A stretch of DNA of 64,000 nucleotides from assembly GCA_964016885.1 (NCBI GenBank), contig OZ024751.1, forward strand, positions 50,034,001-50,098,000. Direction: 5' to 3'. Shown here piece after piece: positions 1 to 8,165 of the stretch. Below the pieces are notes generated by a model. The model saw nothing but the letters and a program-made list of their open reading frames with translations. It made no database searches and was not told the DNA's origin. Position numbers and translations under genes: made by a program. Within the stretch, counting starts at the first letter, position 1; each line of letters opens with the position of its first letter. The DNA is from Eledone cirrhosa. Lineage: Eukaryota.

Positions 1-44
1 TTCCGTCTTCTTCTTCCTCAATCATCACTACAGCAGAGAGAAGA

Positions 45-2057
45 TTGTCTCTCTCCCTCCCTTCTTTAAATGTGTCTCTCTCCCTCCCTTCTCTTTCGCA
101 AGCGACGAAAGAAAAGAAAAGTCTCGTGCAAAGCGTGCAAGGTTTCTCCACGACGACGACGACAGCGACGAAACAGGTGTGCGGGAAATACGAAAACCCA
201 GTTCATTCGTCTGACGTCAGGAATAATAGCAGTAGCAGCCGTAATAACAACAGCAACAGTGACAATGAAAACAACAGTAGCAGCCGCAACAGCATCACCA
301 GCAGCATAAACAACAACAGCATTAGCAGCAGCAACACCAACAACAACCACAGCAACAGCGGCGGAGGCAGTAGTCGTAGTACCTGCAGCAACAACAAAAG
401 TACCAGCAGCTCTGACGACAACAACAACAGCAGAGAAAAACCAATCTCATTTGCAGGTATTGCGAAAAACTTGGAAACAATCCTCATAACAAATGAGGAA
501 TTAGAGGAAGCGAAGAAGATGGTGACAAAGAACGGACACCGAGCAATCTGCAAGGCAGCGAAAAATTTTTTCGAAACCCAAGAGCACTGTACGGTCACGT
601 ACCGTACAGTAAGTACAAAATCCCGTAGGGTGGAAAGAGCCACAGAGGCCCAAATACAAAAAGCCTTGGGGTCTGTGTGGCAGAGGAAAACGCACATCAC
701 CCGAGGCAAAAAATACGCCACCGTAGACGTACTTTTTGCCACACCCCAGGAGGCAAAGGCCCAATCAGTAGTGACCCTAAGGAGCGAGGAAATGGTGTTG
801 GTGCCCTCCTACTGCGGGCAAAAAATTGTGAGGGTCAAACTGACCCACGTCCCCCCCGGAATGACCCCTTCTTGGCTGGCCGCGTCTGTCCTCGTCGGAA
901 TCGAGGACAAAACAACTGTACTGCAAGTACAGAAAAAAGTAAGAGAAGATTGGGTCGGCTCCTCCATTGAGATGCTAATCCAAACCAACCAGGAGTGCAT
1001 CGAAGCTATCCCGGATGTGATAGACTTCGATAACGGCACTCAACTGCCCATAAGTGTTGAGGGCAAACGCCCGAAATGCTTTCGCTGTGGATCGAAGACT
1101 CACCTCAGGGCCTTCTGCAACGAGAAGACCCTGAGAAAGGAGAAAACCCCCCTCCTCCCGAATCCGGTTCCACGGCTACCAGCAACAGGACAAGCGGCAA
1201 CCAGGAACGATAGGTCCGTGGCACCCATACCCACTCCACGGAAATCAAAGACAGCAGCAGCAGTGGAAATATTAACAACAACAACAGCAATACCAAATGC
1301 AGCTGCAACAGAGACTCCAGTGCAAACATCACCAACAACAACAAGTGAAAGAGTGGAGCTGGTACCCCTCCCCGACCTTACAGAATCAGACATGGAGTGT
1401 GAGGTGGGAGAGGGATGGCAAAAGGTCTCAAGAAGGCACAAACGCAGAAGCAGCGCATCGTCGCCTTTGAAAAGGGAGGAAAGAAATGAGAAAAGGGTAA
1501 AGTCTACTGCAAAGAGACCCACAGCAGCAACACCACCAACACCATCACCACCCACACCAGCACCACCATCACCACCGGCGACAACCCCACCGCCAACAAC
1601 ACCTTCAACACCACCACCACAAGCACCAACATCGCAAACACAACAACAAAACACACACACCCAGCAACAACGACAAGAAAATAGCAGAACCACACCCCAC
1701 CCCCAGAAAAACAAATGCACGGCAATAAACACACACAACAAGAAACTAATGACTTACATAATTGAACACACAGACATTTCACAACAGGACTACATAATAC
1801 CAGCACCAATCAAAACGCCAACTAACATAAGACTGCTAAAAATAGCACAGAAACAATACACAAACATTAAAACGAAATTCCCCAACGCAGTTGGTGATTT
1901 CAGGGACCTAGGAGGAACCATTAATCGAAGAGTATATTCAGACATTCTCTTAGAAGAGCCGACGACCAGCCGAAGGGACGATTCAACGGTCCCTTCACCA
2001 GACGATCAAGTGAAAAGGGATGTAAAAACCATCCCTCCTCTACCAAAAATACGGTAA
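45..2057 (+). CDS. Tx1-like ORF1 protein (N-terminus cut by window edge; full length 698 aa in copies 2 and 3)
   Basis: CCHC knuckle CFRCGSKTHLRAFC; Ser/Asn-rich N-terminus; Pro/Thr/Gln-rich C-terminal half; lies directly upstream of ORF2. Confidence 0.85.
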   Translation: MSLSLPSLNVSLSLPSLSQATKEKKSLVQSVQGFSTTTTTATKQVCGKYENPVHSSDVRNNSSSSRNNNSNSDNENNSSSRNSITSSINNNSISSSNTNNNHSNSGGGSSRSTCSNNKSTSSSDDNNNSREKPISFAGIAKNLETILITNEELEEAKKMVTKNGHRAICKAAKNFFETQEHCTVTYRTVSTKSRRVERATEAQIQKALGSVWQRKTHITRGKKYATVDVLFATPQEAKAQSVVTLRSEEMVLVPSYCGQKIVRVKLTHVPPGMTPSWLAASVLVGIEDKTTVLQVQKKVREDWVGSSIEMLIQTNQECIEAIPDVIDFDNGTQLPISVEGKRPKCFRCGSKTHLRAFCNEKTLRKEKTPLLPNPVPRLPATGQAATRNDRSVAPIPTPRKSKTAAAVEILTTTTAIPNAAATETPVQTSPTTTSERVELVPLPDLTESDMECEVGEGWQKVSRRHKRRSSASSPLKREERNEKRVKSTAKRPTAATPPTPSPPTPAPPSPPATTPPPTTPSTPPPQAPTSQTQQQNTHTQQQRQENSRTTPHPQKNKCTAINTHNKKLMTYIIEHTDISQQDYIIPAPIKTPTNIRLLKIAQKQYTNIKTKFPNAVGDFRDLGGTINRRVYSDILLEEPTTSRRDDSTVPSPDDQVKRDVKTIPPLPKIR

Positions 2058-2092
2058 GTGGTCTTTCCCATCTTTTCCACTCTATTTTAAAC

Positions 2093-5000
2093 ATGACCTC
2101 ACTCAGAATAGGCAGCATAAATGCGCGTGGCTTGGGGTCGTCATGGAAGCAGGGTCACCTGCTCAACGACCTCAGGTCACTAAACATAGATGTAGTGGCC
2201 ATCAGCGAGACCAGAATCTCCGAAGCACGGGCCTTCGCACCGATCTTCGGCGGCTACGATGTGTACGCATCTCCCAGCCGTCCTGGATCGGGTGGAGGAG
2301 TTGCTGTGCTTTTTCGGAGAGGTTTGGATCTCGCCATACGGGCCATCTTCCTGGACCCAGAGGGTAAGCTGGTGGTGCTGGACGTGACCAGCGGAGACGG
2401 GCAAGCTTTCAGGCTAGTGGCCGTCTATGCCCCGACAGGAGCAGGGCGGCCTGATTTCTTCCGGCGTCTGGAGACCTTTCTTGGAACGTCGCGCTCTTTA
2501 GTGTTAGTGGGCGACTGGAACGGGATCTTAGATGCACGCTGGGACTGTGTGGGATTAGCGGATAGGGGTGGAGGGTGCAAGAGCCTCACCAACCTGCTCA
2601 GGCGTTTTGAACTGTCTGACAGGTACCGATTGGATTTCCCGAATGTGCCAATGTGGACTTGGACAAACCGCATAGGGTCATCCAGATCATATCTAGATAG
2701 AGTATTTTGTAGGGAAATAGATAGGTCTAGCATAGGCTGTCCACAATTCAAGATAGTCAGCTACACGGACCACAAATTCGTGATCTGTGTGCTTGACTTA
2801 GATAGGCTTCATAGACGAGGACCCGGCTACTGGAAGCTAAACGCGTCCTTACCAGCGCGCAAGGCCTACAGAGACCGGATTAGCGAACTAGTTAAGCGGG
2901 CGTTGACGGGGGCCATCGTCAACAACAAGTGGTGGTTTGCTCTGAAAAGAGCGATTAGAATAGAATCGATTAGGTTTAGTAAGGCTTTAGCAATAGAGAA
3001 AAATAGAGCAGAGGGAGAACTAGTTAGAAAATTAGACGAGGCGCTTAGCAAAGGCATTGCGACCGACGTGCTTGCGGCGAAATTGGCCCTTGACCAATTC
3101 TTCAATGCAAAGCACGAAGGCTGCGTTGTCAGAGCTAGGGTGCGTGCTCTCAGACACGAGGGGACGAAAGCCGTTCAATGGGCCCGAGTGGCGGAGGCGC
3201 GTCGTGGCAACAAAGCCACGATCCGGTCTTTGGTGGACCACGACGGGCGCATGCTACTCGATCCCGGGCAAATGTGTGAAGCTTTTCAGCGACACTTCGC
3301 TCAGCTGTTCGGGGGCAGCGGGGGGCCGGGTAGAGGGATGGACTTTAGTGTCTACCTCGACGGACTGCCGCGGCTCTCGGCCACTGAGGCGAAGTGTTGC
3401 GAAAAGCCGATAACAGCCGCTGAAGTAAGGGAGGCAATGACTGGCTGCACAAGGGGTAAATCGCCTGGTTTGGATGGTCTGCCCTATGAACTTTACGTAC
3501 AGATGCCAGACTTGTTCCGAGGCCTCTTGGCGGACGTCTACTGCAACTGGCAACAGAACGGGAGAATTCCCAGTTCTGTGAGCCGAGGAGCGGTGGCACT
3601 GCTGAGAAAGGATCCGAACAAGGGGGATAACATAGACAATTTCCGGCCCATAACTCTGCTAAACACAGAGTTTAAGATTTTGGCCAAGGTGCTAGCAAAG
3701 AGGTTGGCGCTTGTCGTTGGTGGTCTGGTGGGAGAGGCGCAGACATGCGCCATTCCCGACAGATCCATCCACGACAACCTCCACCTCATGCGATACATCG
3801 TAGAGAGGGTAGCTAGGGAACCTGGCACGGGTGGGTCCTTGATCAATTTAGATCAGTCGAAAGCTTTCGATAGGGTCGACCATCGTTACCTAGCGGCAGT
3901 CCTGAGGGCGGCTGGCTTTGGGCCCGTCTTCAGAGGCTGGATCGCTGCCATGCACAGCGACATCTGCTCTGTGGTGAGAGTGAACGGTCACCTGTCGGAA
4001 CCGTTCAACATCATGCGCTCGGTCCGCCAAGGATGTCCCCTCTCGTCCCTCTTGTACGTATTGACTCTCGAGCCATTACTGCACAAACTGGAGACGTTGA
4101 GAGGAGTCCCGCGCGAACTAGGATGCGGAAGATCCGTGTCAGCATATGCGGACGATGTCACCGTAGTGGTGTCGAACGCCAAACACATCGAGGCGATCGG
4201 CACTACACTAAGAGAATACGAAGCGGTGACAGGAGCAATGATCAACCAGGAAAAGTCAGTGGGCCTGCAGCTCGGCACCTGGAGAGGCAGGTCCATGCCG
4301 TCCAACAGCGTCGTCGGGCGCTGGACGGACGGACCGGTTAAATTGCTAGGGGTCTGGTTCGGTCCGGACCTCCAGACGGACAAAAACTGGGACGAGGTGA
4401 CGAGCAGGGTGGCTTCTCTCACCCAGAAATGGGCGGAGAGGAAGCTATCCCTGAAAGGTCGAGCGGAGGTGGCTAACGCGTACATCGCGTCTGTCATCTG
4501 CTACCGCCTAACCGTCGTACCTTGTCCTAAGCCTCGCCTGACTGCGCTGGAGCGTTTGCTCTTTCGCTTTTTGTGGAAGGGACGTGCTCCGATGGTCAGG
4601 CGGTCCATCTGTTGTCAACACCCGCTACGTGGAGGGCTGGGCATGCCGTGGCTGATGATGCGCAGGCACGCGCTCAGGCTACGACATCTCCACCTCTTCC
4701 TCGACGGTGATCAGGTGTGGTCGCCGTTTGCTAGACGCGTTTTTCCCCAGCTCGTTTCCTTGACGGAGCTGCAGTCCTGGGTCAAGCGAAGACCGAGAGG
4801 GAGCGCCTGGAGACTGGAATGTCTTCAGGCGCTCACAGCCCTCGACCAATCGGGCAATGTGATCGGTGGAAACTCCACCTCGGCGTTCTATAGAGGATTA
4901 GTGGAGGGGAAGAGCGACGACGTACTTGGGGAAACTCTAGGCGTCGACGAAAATCAACTAGCCAATCTCTTCGGAAGAACTTTCGGGCCGGGGCCTATGG

Positions 5001-5512
5001 ACAACTTCCAGAAATCTCTGGCCTGGCAGTGCTACCGAGGAGCCTTGCCAGTTCGGGATAAACTCTACAGGCATGGAGGTGCCGTCAGCCGGGCATGTCC
5101 GAGATGCGCGCAGGGCGACGAAACCGTCCTGCACGCACTCGTCCAGTGTCCGAAAATTGCTGACTTGTGGGTTTATGTCGAACACCTGCTGTCGCGTTTA
5201 GGACGGATCCAGCTATCATCTGAGTCTATCGTGAGGATTGCCCCGCCCTCCTCCTTTAGCCGGGAAGGGCAGGCAGTTTTTATCTGTCTGGTGGCCATGG
5301 CGAAAGAGATAGTATGGTGGACACGTTTGAAAGGGCTGAAGACGAGCACTTACCTCTTCGGTGATGCTCTGATTGACTTTTTCAAATTTCATTTGAAAAG
5401 GAAAATCAGAGTAGAGAAGGAAGTGCTCTCTTCCCAGCATTTTGTTGAAAGATGGGTGAGAGAAGCAAGAATGGCCCGAGTGAATGGGCCGACTCTGAGT
5501 ATATATCTGTAA
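2093..5512 (+). CDS. ORF2: APE endonuclease + reverse transcriptase + C-terminal CCHC, 1139 aa
   Basis: EN motifs SINARG, ISET, VYAP, GDWN, SYLD, YTDH; RT motifs KSPGLDG, FRPITLLN, DQSKAFD, VRQGCPLS, YADD, KLLG; CPRC..ETVLHALVQC. Confidence 0.97.
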   Translation: MTSLRIGSINARGLGSSWKQGHLLNDLRSLNIDVVAISETRISEARAFAPIFGGYDVYASPSRPGSGGGVAVLFRRGLDLAIRAIFLDPEGKLVVLDVTSGDGQAFRLVAVYAPTGAGRPDFFRRLETFLGTSRSLVLVGDWNGILDARWDCVGLADRGGGCKSLTNLLRRFELSDRYRLDFPNVPMWTWTNRIGSSRSYLDRVFCREIDRSSIGCPQFKIVSYTDHKFVICVLDLDRLHRRGPGYWKLNASLPARKAYRDRISELVKRALTGAIVNNKWWFALKRAIRIESIRFSKALAIEKNRAEGELVRKLDEALSKGIATDVLAAKLALDQFFNAKHEGCVVRARVRALRHEGTKAVQWARVAEARRGNKATIRSLVDHDGRMLLDPGQMCEAFQRHFAQLFGGSGGPGRGMDFSVYLDGLPRLSATEAKCCEKPITAAEVREAMTGCTRGKSPGLDGLPYELYVQMPDLFRGLLADVYCNWQQNGRIPSSVSRGAVALLRKDPNKGDNIDNFRPITLLNTEFKILAKVLAKRLALVVGGLVGEAQTCAIPDRSIHDNLHLMRYIVERVAREPGTGGSLINLDQSKAFDRVDHRYLAAVLRAAGFGPVFRGWIAAMHSDICSVVRVNGHLSEPFNIMRSVRQGCPLSSLLYVLTLEPLLHKLETLRGVPRELGCGRSVSAYADDVTVVVSNAKHIEAIGTTLREYEAVTGAMINQEKSVGLQLGTWRGRSMPSNSVVGRWTDGPVKLLGVWFGPDLQTDKNWDEVTSRVASLTQKWAERKLSLKGRAEVANAYIASVICYRLTVVPCPKPRLTALERLLFRFLWKGRAPMVRRSICCQHPLRGGLGMPWLMMRRHALRLRHLHLFLDGDQVWSPFARRVFPQLVSLTELQSWVKRRPRGSAWRLECLQALTALDQSGNVIGGNSTSAFYRGLVEGKSDDVLGETLGVDENQLANLFGRTFGPGPMDNFQKSLAWQCYRGALPVRDKLYRHGGAVSRACPRCAQGDETVLHALVQCPKIADLWVYVEHLLSRLGRIQLSSESIVRIAPPSSFSREGQAVFICLVAMAKEIVWWTRLKGLKTSTYLFGDALIDFFKFHLKRKIRVEKEVLSSQHFVERWVREARMARVNGPTLSIYL

Positions 5513-5775
5513 ACTAAAGGTGGAAAACTGGGAGAGGGCACTTGCCTTGGTGGTCAGGGTCATTGTGGCTTTTTACTGGGCTTTCTCCACAAATGTCCCT
5601 CCGAAGTCTCCCCCCTATTGGGGAATTTTTCATTGTTATCTTCATTGTTATTTTTGTTACATCCTCTGTTTTTGTTTTTTTTACACGCAGAAATGCCCAT
5701 TTGTACCGTCCTGCATTGTCCTGCACTATCCTTAATGTCTACTTTATGTAAACCCTTGTGGTTAATAAAGAAATC

Positions 5776-5819
5776 ATTATTTTGTAACTATTATTATTAT
5801 CATTATTATTATTATTATT
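5776..5819 (+). repeat. Imperfect (ATT)n spacer between copies 1 and 2
   Basis: attattttgtaactattattattatcattatt... Confidence 0.9.
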
Positions 5820-5918
5820 GAATGCCATGGTTGACGGAGGCTCGGCTCTGTAAGGTATAGTAATTTTTAACCGTTAAAACAATTGTAAATTGTTTAAAAC
5901 TTGAACCAAATTGTTGAT

Positions 5919-6011
5919 AAAGACACCCTCCTCCTCGTGAGAGGGGTCTTTCTGTCCGTTATTTGGCCCTTCGGGGTTAAATAACCAGTTATTGGGGTTT
6001 TGTACCCAATA
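5919..6011 (+). promoter_or_regulatory. Three consecutive stem-loops in the Tx1 5' UTR (also in copies 3 and 4)
   Basis: aaagac..ctc-GTGA-gag..gtcttt; gttatttggccc-TTCG-gggttaaataac; tattggg..cccaata; function unknown. Confidence 0.55.
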
Positions 6012-6033
6012 TTCATTTTAAACAAAAAACAAC

Positions 6034-8130
6034 ATGGCTACGAAAAAGAAATTTCATACGTCACTCCCACTCATTCCGTCTTCTTCTTCCTCAATCATCA
6101 CTACAGCAGAGAGAAGATTGTCTCTCTCCCTCCCTTCTTTAAATGTGTCTCTCTCCCTCCCTTCTCTTTCGCAAGCGACGAAAGAAAAGAAAAGTCTCGT
6201 GCAAAGCGTGCAAGGTTTCTCCACGACGACGACGACAGCGACGAAACAGGTGTGCGGGAAATACGAAAACCCAGTTCATTCGTCTGACGTCAGGAATAAT
6301 AGCAGTAGCAGCCGTAATAACAACAGCAACAGTGACAATGAAAACAACAGTAGCAGCCGCAACAGCATCACCAGCAGCATAAACAACAACAGCATTAGCA
6401 GCAGCAACACCAACAACAACCACAGCAACAGCGGCGGAGGCAGTAGTCGTAGTACCTGCAGCAACAACAAAAGTACCAGCAGCTCTGACGACAACAACAA
6501 CAGCAGAGAAAAACCAATCTCATTTGCAGGTATTGCGAAAAACTTGGAAACAATCCTCATAACAAATGAGGAATTAGAGGAAGCGAAGAAGATGGTGACA
6601 AAGAACGGACACCGAGCAATCTGCAAGGCAGCGAAAAATTTTTTCGAAACCCAAGAGCACTGTACGGTCACGTACCGTACAGTAAGTACAAAATCCCGTA
6701 GGGTGGAAAGAGCCACAGAGGCCCAAATACAAAAAGCCTTGGGGTCTGTGTGGCAGAGGAAAACGCACATCACCCGAGGCAAAAAATACGCCACCGTAGA
6801 CGTACTTTTTGCCACACCCCAGGAGGCAAAGGCCCAATCAGTAGTGACCCTAAGGAGCGAGGAAATGGTGTTGGTGCCCTCCTACTGCGGGCAAAAAATT
6901 GTGAGGGTCAAACTGACCCACGTCCCCCCCGGAATGACCCCTTCTTGGCTGGCCGCGTCTGTCCTCGTCGGAATCGAGGACAAAACAACTGTACTGCAAG
7001 TACAGAAAAAAGTAAGAGAAGATTGGGTCGGCTCCTCCATTGAGATGCTAATCCAAACCAACCAGGAGTGCATCGAAGCTATCCCGGATGTGATAGACTT
7101 CGATAACGGCACTCAACTGCCCATAAGTGTTGAGGGCAAACGCCCGAAATGCTTTCGCTGTGGATCGAAGACTCACCTCAGGGCCTTCTGCAACGAGAAG
7201 ACCCTGAGAAAGGAGAAAACCCCCCTCCTCCCGAATCCGGTTCCACGGCTACCAGCAACAGGACAAGCGGCAACCAGGAACGATAGGTCCGTGGCACCCA
7301 TACCCACTCCACGGAAATCAAAGACAGCAGCAGCAGTGGAAATATTAACAACAACAACAGCAATACCAAATGCAGCTGCAACAGAGACTCCAGTGCAAAC
7401 ATCACCAACAACAACAAGTGAAAGAGTGGAGCTGGTACCCCTCCCCGACCTTACAGAATCAGACATGGAGTGTGAGGTGGGAGAGGGATGGCAAAAGGTC
7501 TCAAGAAGGCACAAACGCAGAAGCAGCGCATCGTCGCCTTTGAAAAGGGAGGAAAGAAATGAGAAAAGGGTAAAGTCTACTGCAAAGAGACCCACAGCAG
7601 CAACACCACCAACACCATCACCACCCACACCAGCACCACCATCACCACCGGCGACAACCCCACCGCCAACAACACCTTCAACACCACCACCACAAGCACC
7701 AACATCGCAAACACAACAACAAAACACACACACCCAGCAACAACGACAAGAAAATAGCAGAACCACACCCCACCCCCAGAAAAACAAATGCACGGCAATA
7801 AACACACACAACAAGAAACTAATGACTTACATAATTGAACACACAGACATTTCACAACAGGACTACATAATACCAGCACCAATCAAAACGCCAACTAACA
7901 TAAGACTGCTAAAAATAGCACAGAAACAATACACAAACATTAAAACGAAATTCCCCAACGCAGTTGGTGATTTCAGGGACCTAGGAGGAACCATTAATCG
8001 AAGAGTATATTCAGACATTCTCTTAGAAGAGCCGACGACCAGCCGAAGGGACGATTCAACGGTCCCTTCACCAGACGATCAAGTGAAAAGGGATGTAAAA
8101 ACCATCCCTCCTCTACCAAAAATACGGTAA
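6034..8130 (+). CDS. Tx1-like ORF1 protein, 698 aa
   Basis: ATG in aacaacATGg context; CCHC knuckle; identical to copy 1 over the shared part. Confidence 0.88.
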   Translation: MATKKKFHTSLPLIPSSSSSIITTAERRLSLSLPSLNVSLSLPSLSQATKEKKSLVQSVQGFSTTTTTATKQVCGKYENPVHSSDVRNNSSSSRNNNSNSDNENNSSSRNSITSSINNNSISSSNTNNNHSNSGGGSSRSTCSNNKSTSSSDDNNNSREKPISFAGIAKNLETILITNEELEEAKKMVTKNGHRAICKAAKNFFETQEHCTVTYRTVSTKSRRVERATEAQIQKALGSVWQRKTHITRGKKYATVDVLFATPQEAKAQSVVTLRSEEMVLVPSYCGQKIVRVKLTHVPPGMTPSWLAASVLVGIEDKTTVLQVQKKVREDWVGSSIEMLIQTNQECIEAIPDVIDFDNGTQLPISVEGKRPKCFRCGSKTHLRAFCNEKTLRKEKTPLLPNPVPRLPATGQAATRNDRSVAPIPTPRKSKTAAAVEILTTTTAIPNAAATETPVQTSPTTTSERVELVPLPDLTESDMECEVGEGWQKVSRRHKRRSSASSPLKREERNEKRVKSTAKRPTAATPPTPSPPTPAPPSPPATTPPPTTPSTPPPQAPTSQTQQQNTHTQQQRQENSRTTPHPQKNKCTAINTHNKKLMTYIIEHTDISQQDYIIPAPIKTPTNIRLLKIAQKQYTNIKTKFPNAVGDFRDLGGTINRRVYSDILLEEPTTSRRDDSTVPSPDDQVKRDVKTIPPLPKIR

Positions 8131-8165
8131 GTGGTCTTTCCCATCTTTTCCACTCTATTTTAAAC

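Larger units (their letters stand above)
1..5775 (+). mobile_element. L1/Tx1-clade non-LTR retrotransposon, copy 1 (5' end lies outside the window)
   Basis: ORF1 + ORF2 intact; 3' UTR ends GGTTAATAAAGAAATC and runs into (ATT)n; near-identical to copies 2 and 3. Confidence 0.95.

Noticed and set aside
5820-5875. Spliced-leader RNA-like start (AAG|GTATAG plus AATTTTTA)
   Set aside because: Short motifs in AT-rich DNA, altered in copy 4, and no recognisable SL exon.
5919-5990. HDV-like ribozyme suggested by CCTCCTCGTG
   Set aside because: P3 has a mismatch, there is no P1.1 GG or nested pseudoknot, and copy 4 changes the conserved U; a simple hairpin fits better.
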